From Treponema sp. (lineage in GTDB: Bacteria; Spirochaetota; Spirochaetia; Treponematales; Breznakiellaceae), in NCBI GenBank assembly GCA_031279975.1, contig JAITHL010000131.1:1505-65504 (forward strand): DNA of 64,000 bases. Reading direction: 5' to 3'. A program made the position numbers and the translations under genes. How positions within the stretch are numbered: the stretch's first letter is position 1; every line of letters starts with the position of its first letter. The notes beneath the pieces were generated by a model that was given only the letters and a program-made list of their open reading frames with translations, was not told where the DNA came from and did no database searches. Below are positions 26,655 through 36,850 of this stretch, one piece after another.

Positions 26655-27642
26655 ACAGTCTGGAAGCCTTGGGGCTTCCCGGCCCCCCGCAATCGAAGCA
26701 TACCTGCGCTATATCCAATCGGTCCGGGGGCTCGCGGAGCATACCCTGCGGGCGTATTGCCGGGACTTCGATCTGTTTGCCGCCTATTGTGAAAATCATG
26801 ATTGGCAAGTCCTGGACCTGGGGGCCGTTGAGGCCCGGGGCTTTATCAGGGAATTAAGCGCCCAGGGTTTGGCCGCGGTGAGCGTGAACCGGATACTGTC
26901 GGCGCTCCGGGGGTTTTACCGTTGGCTGATCCGCATGGGCATACGGGCGGATAATCCGCTGGAACAGTTGAAGAATCTCAAGGCGCCCAAGACCTTGCCG
27001 GTTTTTTTATGGGAAGAAGAGATGGCGGAATTCGCGGCCCAGCCGGAGCTTTCGGATATCCTCTGGCCCCCCCGTGACCGGGCGTTGATTTTGGGCATGT
27101 ATTCCGCGGGGCTGCGGATCGGCGAGGGCGTTTCCCTGCGGGTCCAGTCCTTGGAAGGGGATTTGCGGGGGGCCCGGGTCGTGGGAAAGGGGGGAAGGGA
27201 ACGGCGGGTCTTTTTTTCCAGTGAAGCCCGGGAAGCCCTCGGCCAGTGGCTGCCCGTGAGAAGCCTCAGCCTGGGGAAGGGGGCTGCTTCAGGGGAGGGC
27301 CAGGACCGGCTGTTTATTAACCGGCGGGGCGGCGGCCTTTCGGCTTCCGGTGTCCGGTGGATCATCAGCCGTTACCGGGAGCAATCGGGTTCGTCAAAGA
27401 ACATACACCCCCATGCCTTACGGCATAGTTTTGCCACCCACTTGGTAAATGGGGGCTGCGATATCCGGGTCGTCCAGGAACTTCTGGGGCACGCGAGTTT
27501 ATCCACCACCCAGCGGTATACCCATGTGGATATTGAGGGGCTCAAGCGGGTATACGCCCAGGCCCATCCCCATGGGGCGCGGCGCGGCGCGGCGCGGGAA
27601 CCGCGTGATAAAAAAGGAAAGACAGGTGAAGAACAAGAATAA
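26635..27642 (+). CDS. xerC: Xer-type tyrosine recombinase (CodV/XerC position)
   Basis: LRAYCRDF...[10 protein letters not shown]...[41 protein letters not shown]. Lies immediately upstream of hslVU. The start is ATG 26635 or 26641. Confidence 0.85.
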   Translation: MPMGERKQSGSLGASRPPAIEAYLRYIQSVRGLAEHTLRAYCRDFDLFAAYCENHDWQVLDLGAVEARGFIRELSAQGLAAVSVNRILSALRGFYRWLIRMGIRADNPLEQLKNLKAPKTLPVFLWEEEMAEFAAQPELSDILWPPRDRALILGMYSAGLRIGEGVSLRVQSLEGDLRGARVVGKGGRERRVFFSSEAREALGQWLPVRSLSLGKGAASGEGQDRLFINRRGGGLSASGVRWIISRYREQSGSSKNIHPHALRHSFATHLVNGGCDIRVVQELLGHASLSTTQRYTHVDIEGLKRVYAQAHPHGARRGAAREPRDKKGKTGEEQE

Positions 27643-28180
27643 GGCCGGCATATTCCGGTCTACCACCATAATCGCGGTTCGGAAGGACGGCAAGGTTGCC
27701 ATGGCGGGGGACGGGCAGGTAACCTTTGGGGAAACGATCATGAAAAACAACGCCCGCAAGGTCCGGCGGCTTATGGACGGCAAGGTCCTCTGCGGCTTTG
27801 CCGGGGCCACCGCGGACGCCTTTACCCTGTTTGATCGTTTTGAGGGAAAACTGAAGGAGTATTCCGGGGACCTTACCCGGGCCGCGGTGGAGCTTGCCAC
27901 CGATTGGCGTACCGACCGGTCCCTGCGGCGTCTGGAAGCTGTGCTGTTGGCGGCGGACCGCGTCAAGACCCTGCTTATTTCAGGAACCGGGGATGTGGTG
28001 GAACCGGCGGAGCCTGTGCTGGCCATCGGCTCCGGCGGAAACTATGCCTATGCCGCGGCCTTGGCGTACCTGGACAGCAGCGCCTTTGCCGCCCGGGAAA
28101 TAGCCGAGCGGAGCCTGCGTATCGCGGGAAGCATCTGTATCTATACAAACGGACAAATTACCCTGGAGGAACTTAACTGA
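27626..28180 (+). CDS. hslV: ATP-dependent protease subunit HslV
   Basis: GTG 27626. (propeptide)[23 protein letters not shown]...[12 protein letters not shown]...GSGGNYA. Confidence 0.92.
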   Translation: MKNKNKAGIFRSTTIIAVRKDGKVAMAGDGQVTFGETIMKNNARKVRRLMDGKVLCGFAGATADAFTLFDRFEGKLKEYSGDLTRAAVELATDWRTDRSLRRLEAVLLAADRVKTLLISGTGDVVEPAEPVLAIGSGGNYAYAAALAYLDSSAFAAREIAERSLRIAGSICIYTNGQITLEELN

Positions 28181-29736
28181 TGAGTGAAAAAAAACCCGGC
28201 GAGAAAAAATCAAAGGAAGCCCAGATGGAGCAGCTTACTCCCCGGGAAATAGTCGCCGAATTGGATAAGTATATCGTGGGGCAAAAGAAGGCGAAGCGGG
28301 CGGTGGCGGTTGCCCTGCGGAACCGGATACGCCGGCTGAAGCTGGAGCCGGAGATGCGGGAGGATATCGCCCCTAAGAATATCCTGATGATAGGCCCCAC
28401 CGGGGTAGGGAAAACGGAGATCGCCCGCCGGCTGGCCCGGCTGGCCGGTTCGCCTTTTATCAAGGTGGAGGCCACCAAGTACACCGAAGTAGGCTATGTG
28501 GGCCGGGACGTGGAGTCCATGATCCGGGACCTCATGGCCGCGGGGGTTCAGATCGTTAAGCAGGAAATGCAGGAATCGGTGAACGCGGAGGCGAAGACGC
28601 GGGCCGAGGAGTCCCTGTTGGACCTGCTGCTTCCGGGAACCGGAAAAAAAAACAAGGAATCCCGGCAGGGCGCCGGAGGGCCGGTGGTGCGGCCCATGGG
28701 CGCCTTTTCCATAAACCCCAACGCTAACAACGGCCACGGCCCCTCCCTCATGGGAACCGCTATTCAAGTGGGGATACCCCTCCGGCGGAACCAGGAGCCC
28801 GGGGAGCCGGAAAACGGCGAATCATTTGAGGAAAGCGCCGAACAGCGCGCGGAAAAGCAGACGACCCGGGAGAAATTTAGAAGCCTCCTGCGGGACGGCA
28901 TGTTGGAAGACCGTATGGTGGAAATCATGGTAAACCAGAGCCCCCAGATTCCCGCCTTTGAGATGATGGGGGGGAACATGGAGGAATTGGAATCCAGCCT
29001 TTCGGGGATAGCGGGGATTTTTGGGGGGAATAAAAAGAAGAAACTGGTTTCCATAAGCCGCGCCCGGGAGATACTCATCGCCGAGGAGTCGGACAAACTC
29101 ATCGACCGGGACCGGGTAAGCGAGGAAGCCCGGCACCGGGTGGAGCAGATGGGGATAGTTTTTATTGATGAGATTGACAAAATAGCCATAAAGGGCGACC
29201 GGGGCGGGGGTCCCGATGTTTCCCGCGAGGGGGTGCAGCGGGATATACTCCCCATAGTCGAGGGGGCGACCGTATCCACCAAGTGGGGGCCGGTCAACAC
29301 GGATCACATCCTCTTTATTGCCGCCGGGGCCTTTAATGTCAGTAAACCGTCGGATCTGATCCCGGAACTACAGGGCCGCTTCCCCCTGCGGGTGGAATTG
29401 GAATCCCTGGGCAAGGATGAATTCCTGCGGATACTTACGGAACCGAAAAACGCCTTGACCAAACAGTACGTCGAGCTGCTGGCCACCGAGGAGGTGGCTA
29501 TTGAGTTCACCCCGGAAGCGGTGGAACGGATAGCCGTGTTGGCCGCGGAGGTTAATTCCCGGCTGGAGAACATCGGCGCCCGGAGGCTGCATACCATTAT
29601 GGAAGCCCTCTTGGAGGGGCTTTCCTTTGAAGCGCCGGATATTGCCCCCGCGTCGGTTTCCATCACGGAATCCTATGTGAATGAACGGCTGGCGGACTTG
29701 GTTACCGATCAAGACCTGGGCCGCTACATCCTCTAA
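28180..29736 (+). CDS. hslU: ATP-dependent protease ATPase subunit HslU
   Basis: TPREIVAELDKYIVGQ..AKRAVAVALRNR...GPTGVGKTEIARRLA...FIDEIDKI...RGLSFEAPD. The I-domain is unusually long. TGATG overlap with hslV. Confidence 0.95.
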   Translation: MSEKKPGEKKSKEAQMEQLTPREIVAELDKYIVGQKKAKRAVAVALRNRIRRLKLEPEMREDIAPKNILMIGPTGVGKTEIARRLARLAGSPFIKVEATKYTEVGYVGRDVESMIRDLMAAGVQIVKQEMQESVNAEAKTRAEESLLDLLLPGTGKKNKESRQGAGGPVVRPMGAFSINPNANNGHGPSLMGTAIQVGIPLRRNQEPGEPENGESFEESAEQRAEKQTTREKFRSLLRDGMLEDRMVEIMVNQSPQIPAFEMMGGNMEELESSLSGIAGIFGGNKKKKLVSISRAREILIAEESDKLIDRDRVSEEARHRVEQMGIVFIDEIDKIAIKGDRGGGPDVSREGVQRDILPIVEGATVSTKWGPVNTDHILFIAAGAFNVSKPSDLIPELQGRFPLRVELESLGKDEFLRILTEPKNALTKQYVELLATEEVAIEFTPEAVERIAVLAAEVNSRLENIGARRLHTIMEALLEGLSFEAPDIAPASVSITESYVNERLADLVTDQDLGRYIL

Positions 29737-29967
29737 CACGGGGGCGGCAAAGGGCTGTCAACAACTGAAGGGGGCGGGGGCGTTACGGCGCTATCCAGCT
29801 TCGCCGGATAGCTTGGGATTTTTGCCGGAGGCAAAAATCCTGGGCGGATAGAGTTTGCGCTCCGCGCAAAAACTCTCAAGCTAAAACCGCCCTGCGGCCT
29901 TAGCAGCCCCTGTAGAGTTTCCTTTAAGAAACCCGATGGAATTCCGAAAATTAAATGGGGTGATAGA

Positions 29968-30384
29968 ATGATAGCAAACAATTTTGAAAAGACGGTTGAT
30001 CTCCTGCATCGCGCCTTGGACGCGAATTTTATCCGGCGGGATGTGATAGCCAATAACCTGGCCAACGCGGAGGTCCCCAATTTTAAGCGTTCTGAGTTGA
30101 GTTTTGAAAGCGAGCTGAAGAAGGCCCTGGCAAGCGAAAAGCGGCGGCCCGTCTTGGATTTAACCCTGACGAATCCGAAGCATATCCCCAACTGGCGTGA
30201 GCGGGATTACCGGGAAGTACAGCCCCGGCGGGTTTTGGATTACCTCACCGCCGCGAAGAGTAACGGGAACAATGTGGACCCCGAAGAGGAAATGACGCTG
30301 GCCCTGCAAAATCAGATGACCTATACCCTTTTGGCGGCGGCGGAGTCCTTTGAGTTCAGTCAAATCAATTTGGTATTAAGGTAG
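29968..30384 (+). CDS. flgB: flagellar basal-body rod protein FlgB
   Basis: IANNLANAEVPNFKR...NGNNVDPEEEM..L..N. Confidence 0.9.
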   Translation: MIANNFEKTVDLLHRALDANFIRRDVIANNLANAEVPNFKRSELSFESELKKALASEKRRPVLDLTLTNPKHIPNWRERDYREVQPRRVLDYLTAAKSNGNNVDPEEEMTLALQNQMTYTLLAAAESFEFSQINLVLR

Positions 30385-30390
30385 GATGGG

Positions 30391-30852
30391 ATGGGATTAT
30401 TTAACGCGATTACCATAGCCTCCACCGGCATGAGCGCCGAGCGGCTCCGGTCCGACGTTATAGCGAATAATATCGCCAATGCGTCAACCACCCGCACCGC
30501 CGAGGGCGGGCCCTTTCGCCGGAGCCGGGTGGTCCTGCGGCCCCGGGCCAAGGAACCCGCCTGGCGTTCTCCCTTTCTTCCGGATATGCTGGACGGCGGG
30601 ACCGGCAAGGGGGTGCGGGTCGCGGAGGTGCAAAAGGATTACGCTTCGGAATTGCGGCTGGTGTATGATCCGACCCACCCGGACGCGATACAGAGCGGTC
30701 CCCGGGCGGGGTATGTGGAAATGCCCAATGTGGACATTGTTACTGAAATGGTCGATATGATTGCCGCGTCCCGGGCCTATGAGGCCAACGCTTCAATTAT
30801 CGAGGGGTCTAAGGCCATGTTCCTGAAGGCCCTTGATATTGGCAACCGCTAA
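30391..30852 (+). CDS. flgC: flagellar basal-body rod protein FlgC
   Basis: ASTGMSAERLRSDVIANNIANASTTRT..GGPFRR...YDPTHPDA...GYVEMPNVDIVTEMVDMIAASRAYEAN. Confidence 0.92.
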   Translation: MGLFNAITIASTGMSAERLRSDVIANNIANASTTRTAEGGPFRRSRVVLRPRAKEPAWRSPFLPDMLDGGTGKGVRVAEVQKDYASELRLVYDPTHPDAIQSGPRAGYVEMPNVDIVTEMVDMIAASRAYEANASIIEGSKAMFLKALDIGNR

Positions 30853-30969
30853 CCGGTGGATTGGCGGATCGGGCGTGATTTTCCCTAAAGCCGTTGGAAG
30901 AGCGCTTCCGCGGCCGCCCTTGCAAAACCCATGGTTTGGAAGGGTCTTATACCAAGAGGATTGGCGGCG

Positions 30970-31344
30970 ATGTTGCTATACAAACCGGAATTGGTAAGCG
31001 GGGATAAGGTCCCCCTGGCGCTTACCCATCCAAAACACCTGGACGCGGCAAGGGGGGGGGGTGCCCAGGGCCGCGTAATTACCGGAATGGGGCGTCAGAT
31101 CGGGGCCGGCGCGGTCCTCCCGGATGAAACCTTCGCGGATGTCATGTTGCAAGCCCTGGATCAGGTGAGCGCGGCCCAGCAGTTTTCCAGCGATCTGGCC
31201 CAGACCGCCATAACCGATCCGGCGGCGGTGGACCCCCATGACCTAACCATTGCCCAGGCAAAGGCGAGGATGTCCTTGGATATTACGAGAACGATTTTGA
31301 ACCGGGTTGTGCAAGGATGGCGGGATCTCATAAACACCCGCTAG
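30970..31344 (+). CDS. fliE: flagellar hook-basal body complex protein FliE
   Basis: FADVMLQALDQVSAAQQFS...DPHDLTIAQAKARMSLDITRTILNRVVQGWRDLIN. The start is uncertain; ATG 30970 follows AGAGGA and the ORF-track start is 30931. Confidence 0.75.
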   Translation: MLLYKPELVSGDKVPLALTHPKHLDAARGGGAQGRVITGMGRQIGAGAVLPDETFADVMLQALDQVSAAQQFSSDLAQTAITDPAAVDPHDLTIAQAKARMSLDITRTILNRVVQGWRDLINTR

Positions 31345-31418
31345 GGAAGCGGTGATTGCGGACCTTCGGTCCGAATGTAATCAAGGATGCGGACCTTGGT
31401 CCGCAACCACCGCTTCTT
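31341..31418. repeat. REP-like palindromic element in the fliE-fliF spacer
   Basis: CTAGGGAAGCGGTGATT (31341-31357), CGGACCTTCGGTCCG (31359-31373), GCGGACCTTGGTCCGC (31389-31404), inverted arm CAACCACCGCTTCTTAAC (31401-31418). Confidence 0.6.
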
Positions 31419-31433
31419 AACTGTTTTTTGTGG

Positions 31434-31533
31434 AATGAAATGAGTAAATAGCTAGGGCGGCGCTGGTTGCGGGCCGGAGGTCCGGCGTCAAGTTAATCAG
31501 TGGTTTACTGGGGAAGCGCGGACCGTGGGTCCG
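31434..31533 (+). repeat. intergenic repeat module copy 2 plus further CGGACC-type hairpins
   Basis: AATGAAATGAGTAAATAG (31434-31451), GGGCGGCGCTGGTTGCG (31455-31471), GCCGGAGGTCCGGC (31473-31486), TAATCAGTGGT (31494-31504), GGGAAGCG-CGGACCGTGGGTCCG (31511-31533). Confidence 0.55.
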
Positions 31534-31599
31534 GCATCCGGGTAATCATCATTGCCCTGATTTTGGGACGGACGGCGCCTATGGTTGAGGGAGGGGAGT

Positions 31600-33306
31600 A
31601 TGCCTGATTTCATCAAAAAAGTTATGGGACAAATTAAATCGCTTTGGGGTAAGTGGTCTATTATCCAGAAGGCTATTTTTATCGGAATTGGGGCGGCGGT
31701 TATCGGCGGCATTATCGCCCTGGTATCCGTCTCCGCTTCCCCCGCCGGGGTTCCGGTTATCGACGCCCCCATCAAGGATGAAGCGGCGCGGGATCGGATT
31801 ATCCTCCGGATCAATGAAGAGGGGGTACGGACCACCCTCAGCCCCTCAGGGGTAATACAAGTGCCTGATGAAAAGACCGCCCGCCGGATGCGGGGCATCC
31901 TCATCCGGGAAGACCTGATTCCCTCGGGGACCGATCCGTGGGCAATTTTTGACCGGGAACGGTGGACCCTTACCGACTGGGAGCGGGGCGTGAATTTCCA
32001 GCGGGCCATAACCCAGATGGTAACCGATCATATCAAGGCCCTGGATGATGTGGACGACGCGAATGTTACCATTGTCCAGCCTGAGCCGAGCCTGTTCGCG
32101 GCGGATCAAAACCCCGTAACCGCCAGCGTGATCATCACCCCGAAACCTGGGAGCGACATTACTCAGAACCGCAAAAAGGTGGAGGGGATTCAGAAGCTGC
32201 TGAAATACGCTATCCAGGGCCTGCGGGATGAATATATTGTTATCACCGATCCAAGCGGCATGGTATTGAATGATTTTGAGGGCATGAGCGCCATGGATCA
32301 TCTAAACCGCGTTGAGCGGGAATCCAAGATAGTCCAAACCCTGGAGGCGAGATACCGGGCGGTTATCCTCAAATCCCTCCAGGACACCTTTAGCCCTGAC
32401 CGGGTCCGGGACCTTAATTTGAAGATAACTATGGATATGTCCCCCAAAACGATCAATACGAAGGAATATTACCCCATTACCATGCAGCCCCAGACCCCGG
32501 GCCTCCCCTATAGCGACGCCGTGCGGGTCCCGTCCATACCCCGGTCCACCGCCACCTCCAAGACTTTCTGGGAGGGAACCGGGATCATTCCCGAAGGGCC
32601 CGCGGGGGTAGAGGGGCAGACCCCCCCGAACTATAAGGATATGTCCAATATATTCGGCAAGGTTACCCAGGAGACCCTGACCCAGAACGACGAGATCAAT
32701 GAGCGGCTCATTCAGGAGGAGCGGAGCCCGCAGATTGACCGGGTCAGCGTGGCGGTTAATATCGACGGGGTATGGAAGCTGAAATACGATGAAAAGAATA
32801 AGCTGGTAGTCCAGCCTGACGGGCTCATAGAGCGGGAATACACGCCGGTGCAGCCGGAACTCCTCAAGGCGGCCCAGGAATTGATACAGGACGCCATCGG
32901 GTATAACGCCGCCCGGGGGGATTCGGTAACCGTTAGGAATATCCCCTTTGACCGGACCCAGCAGTTTAAGGATGAGGATGCCAGTTATTTCCGGCAGAAG
33001 CAGTTCCAAGTTATGGCGGTGATACTCCTGGTCGGGCTGGCCCTGCTCCTTATCGGCTTTGTGGCCTTCCGCATGATTTCCCGGGAGCTGGAGCGCCGGA
33101 AGCGGCTGCGGGAAGAAGAGATTTCCCGGCAGCAGCAGGAGCTGCGGGCAAGCGCCCTTTTGGACGCGGAAAACGAAGGGGTGGAAGTATCGATGTCGGT
33201 GGAGGAAAAGAAGCGTATGGAACTACAGGAGAACGCTATTAATATGGCCAAGGAACATCCCGGCGATGTGGCCCAGCTTATCAGAACATGGCTCTTGGAG
33301 GAGTAG
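31600..33306 (+). CDS. fliF: flagellar M-ring protein FliF
   Basis: ATG 31600 after GAGGGAGGGGAG. N-terminal TM helix, periplasmic ring-building region, C-terminal TM helix (VMAVILLVGLALLLIGFVAF) and a charged FliG-binding tail. Confidence 0.92.
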   Translation: MPDFIKKVMGQIKSLWGKWSIIQKAIFIGIGAAVIGGIIALVSVSASPAGVPVIDAPIKDEAARDRIILRINEEGVRTTLSPSGVIQVPDEKTARRMRGILIREDLIPSGTDPWAIFDRERWTLTDWERGVNFQRAITQMVTDHIKALDDVDDANVTIVQPEPSLFAADQNPVTASVIITPKPGSDITQNRKKVEGIQKLLKYAIQGLRDEYIVITDPSGMVLNDFEGMSAMDHLNRVERESKIVQTLEARYRAVILKSLQDTFSPDRVRDLNLKITMDMSPKTINTKEYYPITMQPQTPGLPYSDAVRVPSIPRSTATSKTFWEGTGIIPEGPAGVEGQTPPNYKDMSNIFGKVTQETLTQNDEINERLIQEERSPQIDRVSVAVNIDGVWKLKYDEKNKLVVQPDGLIEREYTPVQPELLKAAQELIQDAIGYNAARGDSVTVRNIPFDRTQQFKDEDASYFRQKQFQVMAVILLVGLALLLIGFVAFRMISRELERRKRLREEEISRQQQELRASALLDAENEGVEVSMSVEEKKRMELQENAINMAKEHPGDVAQLIRTWLLEE

Positions 33307-33309
33307 GGT

Positions 33310-34371
33310 ATGGCTCAAGCGGGATCGAATGCCGCCCCGGCCAGCGGGGGGGGCTCGAAGAAAAAGAGCGGCAAAGAATTTACCGGGCGGCAGAAAGCGG
33401 CGGTGTTTCTGGTAAGTATAGGCTCGGAGATTTCAGCGGAGATATTTAAATACCTGCGGGAAGATGAGATCGAAACCCTGACCTTCGAGATCGCCCGGCT
33501 GGAAACCATAGAGCCGGAACAGAAGGATACGGTGCTGGCGGAATTCCAGGAACTGATGATGGCCAATCAATTTATCTCCATCGGGGGTATTGATTATGCC
33601 CGGGAGCTCCTGGAAAAATCCCTGGGGAACCAGAAGGCCATAGATATTATCAACCGCCTCACCTCAAGCCTCCAGGTCCGGCCTTTTGACTTTATCCGCC
33701 GCACCGATCCGGCCCACCTGTTGAACTTTATTCAGCAGGAACACCCCCAAACCATAGCCCTGATCTTGGCCTATCTGGAGCCCAATAAGGCATCGGTGAT
33801 CCTGCAGAATTTGCCCCATGAGGTCCAAAGCGATGTGGCCCGGCGTATCGCCACCATGGACCGCACCAGCCCCGAGGTGCTCCGGGAGGTGGAACGGGTG
33901 CTGGAGAAGAAGCTCTCCACCCTGTCCAGTGAAGACTATACCACCGCCGGGGGGGTGGAAAGCATTGTTGAGATACTCAACCTGGTTGACCGGGCCTCGG
34001 AGAAACAGATCATAGAAGCCTTGGAAGACGAGGACCCGGACCTGGCCGAGGAAATCACGAAGCGGATGTTTGTGGTCGAAGATATTGTTATGCTGGACGA
34101 CAAGGCCATCCAGAAGGTTATGCGGGAAGTCGATTCCCAGGAATTGGCTAAGGCCCTGAAATCGGTGGATACGGAAGTACAGGATAAGATATTCCGCAAC
34201 ATGTCCAAACGCGCCGCGGGCATGTTGAAAGAAGATATGGAATATATGGGGCCGGTACGGTTAAAGGACGTGGAAGAAGCGCAGCAAAAGATCGTTTCCA
34301 TCATCCGGCATCTGGAAGATACGGGAGAAATCGTGGTTTCCCGGTCCGGAGAGGACGAACTGGTGGTATAA
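33310..34371 (+). CDS. fliG: flagellar motor switch protein FliG
   Basis: GRQKAAVFLVSIG.E.SAEIFK.L...EIE.LT.EIA......IL..EHPQTIALILAYL......MFVFEDI..LDD.AIQ.V.......MS.RAA.ML.EDME. Confidence 0.95.
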   Translation: MAQAGSNAAPASGGGSKKKSGKEFTGRQKAAVFLVSIGSEISAEIFKYLREDEIETLTFEIARLETIEPEQKDTVLAEFQELMMANQFISIGGIDYARELLEKSLGNQKAIDIINRLTSSLQVRPFDFIRRTDPAHLLNFIQQEHPQTIALILAYLEPNKASVILQNLPHEVQSDVARRIATMDRTSPEVLREVERVLEKKLSTLSSEDYTTAGGVESIVEILNLVDRASEKQIIEALEDEDPDLAEEITKRMFVVEDIVMLDDKAIQKVMREVDSQELAKALKSVDTEVQDKIFRNMSKRAAGMLKEDMEYMGPVRLKDVEEAQQKIVSIIRHLEDTGEIVVSRSGEDELVV

Positions 34372-34383
34372 AGGAAGTAGCAC

Positions 34384-35340
34384 ATGGCAAAGGCGGTATT
34401 CAGGCCCGGCGAGATTACGCTGCTTGATAAAACAGTTATCCTCGATCCCCCTAATTCATTTTGCGAATTGGAACGTTTGGCCCCCTGCGCCGAAACCGCC
34501 CATGAAATAGAGGCGGTGGAGGAATATACCGGCCCCACAGCGGAGGACCTGCGCCGGGAAGCGGAGGCGTTTAAAATCCAGTGGGAGGCCGAACGGGAAA
34601 CCATGGTTCAAGACGCCAAAGCGGAAGCGGCGGGCATCATCAAAGAGGCGGAAGCGGCGGCCTTCCAGGAAGTAAAACGGAAGGCCGATCAAGCCCAAAC
34701 CCTGAAGCGGGAAGCGGAGGACGAGGCGGAACGGATCATCGCCGAGGCAAAGCAGCGGGCCGCAAAGCTGGAAGCGGACGCCCGGGAGTCCTTTGAGCGG
34801 GAGCGCCAGGAGGCCCTTGAGCAGGGGATGGCGGCGGGCCGTGAACAGGGCTTTCAAGCGGGCTCCGCGGAGGTAGAGCGGCTGGTGGAACGGGTCCAGG
34901 TTATACTGGAGCGGGCGCAAAACAAACGGGCGGAGATATTGGAGGAAACGGAACAGCAGATCATCGATCTGATCCTCCTTATTGCCCGGAAGGTCGTTAA
35001 AGCCATCTCTGAAAACCAGCGGGGGGTGGTTATTGCTAACGCGGCCCAGGCCCTGCGGAAGGTGAGGGACCGGGGCGCCGGGAGCGTTAGTATCCGGGTG
35101 AACGCGGCTGACCTGCGGCTGACCACGGAACATACCAAGGATTTTATTAAGCTGATGGAAGGGGGGAAGACTATTCAGATAGTCGAGGACTCAACGGTGG
35201 ATCAGGGGGGCTGTATCATAGAAACCGATTTCGGCGAAATCGACGCCCGTATCTCCAGCCAGCTGGCGGAATTGGAGAGCAAGATATTGGAGCTCTCCCC
35301 CATCAAAGGCCGGGCCAAGGGTGGCGCTGAAGGTGCCTGA
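34384..35340 (+). CDS. fliH: flagellar assembly protein FliH
   Basis: Glu/Ala-rich coiled coil, then the conserved C-terminal block (IDLILLIARKVV...VSIRVNAADL...GGCIIETDFGEIDARISSQL). fliG-fliI position. Confidence 0.75.
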   Translation: MAKAVFRPGEITLLDKTVILDPPNSFCELERLAPCAETAHEIEAVEEYTGPTAEDLRREAEAFKIQWEAERETMVQDAKAEAAGIIKEAEAAAFQEVKRKADQAQTLKREAEDEAERIIAEAKQRAAKLEADARESFERERQEALEQGMAAGREQGFQAGSAEVERLVERVQVILERAQNKRAEILEETEQQIIDLILLIARKVVKAISENQRGVVIANAAQALRKVRDRGAGSVSIRVNAADLRLTTEHTKDFIKLMEGGKTIQIVEDSTVDQGGCIIETDFGEIDARISSQLAELESKILELSPIKGRAKGGAEGA

Positions 35341-35341
35341 T

Positions 35342-36850
35342 ATGCCGGTGGAGCCGCCGGTCCGGGAGGCGTTTATTGAAAAATATCTCGCCCTTGCGGA
35401 ACAGATCGATCCGATTAAGTGCGTCGGCCATATTTGCAAGGTACAGGGATTGTTGCTTGAAAGCCGGGGACCCCAGGCGATCATTGGCGAAGTATGCAGA
35501 ATTGAAACCCTCAGCAAAAGCCCTGGCGGGTCGCGGGCTGTCTACGCCGAGGTGGTGGGGCTCCGGGATGAAACCGCCCAGCTCATGGCCTACGGCGAAA
35601 CCAGGGGCATACAGGTTGGGGACCGGGTTATTGCCTCAGGGAATACCCTGGAGGTGGCGGTCTCCCCCGCGTTGCTGGGGCGGGTTTTGAATTCCATGGG
35701 CCGCCCGGTGGACGGCCGGGGGGAAGTCGAATCCGCCCTGCGTTATCCGGTTATGGCGGGCGCTCCGGATCCCCTCAAACGGAAACGGATAACGGCGCGG
35801 ATTACCACCGGCGTACGGGCCTTGGACGGGCTTTTAACCGCGGGCCGGGGGCAGCGCATCGGTATTTTTTCCGGGTCCGGGGTGGGAAAATCAACGCTCC
35901 TCGGCATGATTGCCCGGAATACCAACGCGGATGTGAATGTTATCGCCCTTATCGGGGAGCGGGGCCGGGAGGTAAAAGATTTTATCGAAAACGACCTGGG
36001 TCCCGAAGGGCTTGCCCGGTCGGTGGTAATCGTGTCTCCTTCCAATTCGCCGCCCTTGGCGCGGTTGCGGGGGGCCTATACGGCTACCGCCGTGGCGGAA
36101 TATTTCCGGGACCAGGGCAAGGATGTGATGCTCCTTTTTGACTCGATTACCCGCTTTGCCCGGGCCCAGCGGGAGATCGGGCTGGCCGCGGGAGAGCCCC
36201 CCGCGACCCGGGGCTATACGCCCAGCGTCTTCGACTCCATGCCTAAGCTCCTGGAACGGAGCGGCGCTTCGGATAAGGGAACCATTACCGGGTTTTATAC
36301 CATACTGGTAGACGGGGATGATATGGACGAGCCGGTATCCGATACGGTTCGGGGCATACTGGACGGCCATATCGTGCTTTCCCGCCGGTATGCCCAGGCC
36401 AATCACTATCCCGCCATTGATGTGCTGGGCAGTATTTCCCGGCTTATGCCCCTGGTCGCCGGACCGGTAACTAAAAAAGTAGCGGGGTATATCCGGCGGC
36501 TTATGGCGGTCTATGCGGAAGCGGAGGACCTGATCAATGTGGGAGCCTATCACGCGGGGTCTAATCCCGCCATTGACGACGCCATCGCCAAGCGGGAGGC
36601 CATTGAAGCCTTTCTTATTCAGAGCGTGGATGAACGGTCAACTTTGAAGGAGACCCTGCTTGCCATGGCCGCCATTGCGGAGATGGAGATACCGGCGGAG
36701 GAAATGGAGGGGTTCCCGGAGGCAAGGCGCGGGGAAAACCGGGGAAGCCGCAAGGGAGACGTGGAAATTGCCGGACCGGTTTCCGCCGCCAGTCCGGGCG
36801 CTCCGGGGCAGTCCCGTTTATCGGCCCTGTTGGATACGCGGCGGCGGTGA
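35342..36850 (+). CDS. fliI: flagellum-specific ATPase FliI
   Basis: GQRIGIFSGSGVGKSTLLGMIA (Walker A), VMLLFDSITRFA (Walker B), HYPAIDVLGSISR. About 60 aa of extra C-terminal tail. Confidence 0.95.
   Translation: MPVEPPVREAFIEKYLALAEQIDPIKCVGHICKVQGLLLESRGPQAIIGEVCRIETLSKSPGGSRAVYAEVVGLRDETAQLMAYGETRGIQVGDRVIASGNTLEVAVSPALLGRVLNSMGRPVDGRGEVESALRYPVMAGAPDPLKRKRITARITTGVRALDGLLTAGRGQRIGIFSGSGVGKSTLLGMIARNTNADVNVIALIGERGREVKDFIENDLGPEGLARSVVIVSPSNSPPLARLRGAYTATAVAEYFRDQGKDVMLLFDSITRFARAQREIGLAAGEPPATRGYTPSVFDSMPKLLERSGASDKGTITGFYTILVDGDDMDEPVSDTVRGILDGHIVLSRRYAQANHYPAIDVLGSISRLMPLVAGPVTKKVAGYIRRLMAVYAEAEDLINVGAYHAGSNPAIDDAIAKREAIEAFLIQSVDERSTLKETLLAMAAIAEMEIPAEEMEGFPEARRGENRGSRKGDVEIAGPVSAASPGAPGQSRLSALLDTRRR

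Noticed and set aside
21699-27642. Two tyrosine recombinase genes considered as integrases marking a mobile island
   Set aside because: Both have XerC/XerD-type catalytic regions and sit in conserved housekeeping contexts (after ftsZ; before hslVU, as for B. subtilis codV). There are no phage or plasmid genes, att-like repeats or tRNA targets between or beside them.
28600-28900. Enlarged HslU I-domain (518 aa total) and the ~60-aa FliI C-terminal tail, considered as novel domains
   Set aside because: Both are low-complexity, charged or Gly/Pro-rich linkers with no motif. The I-domain is the known variable region of HslU. This is probably lineage-specific length variation.
29925-29950. Sigma28-like promoter TAAG-N14/15-(T)CCGAAAA upstream of flgB
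   Set aside because: The match to TAAA-N15-GCCGATAA is only partial. The implied transcript start would leave about 10 nt of leader before ATG 29968, too short for ribosome binding. I therefore did not report it as a feature.
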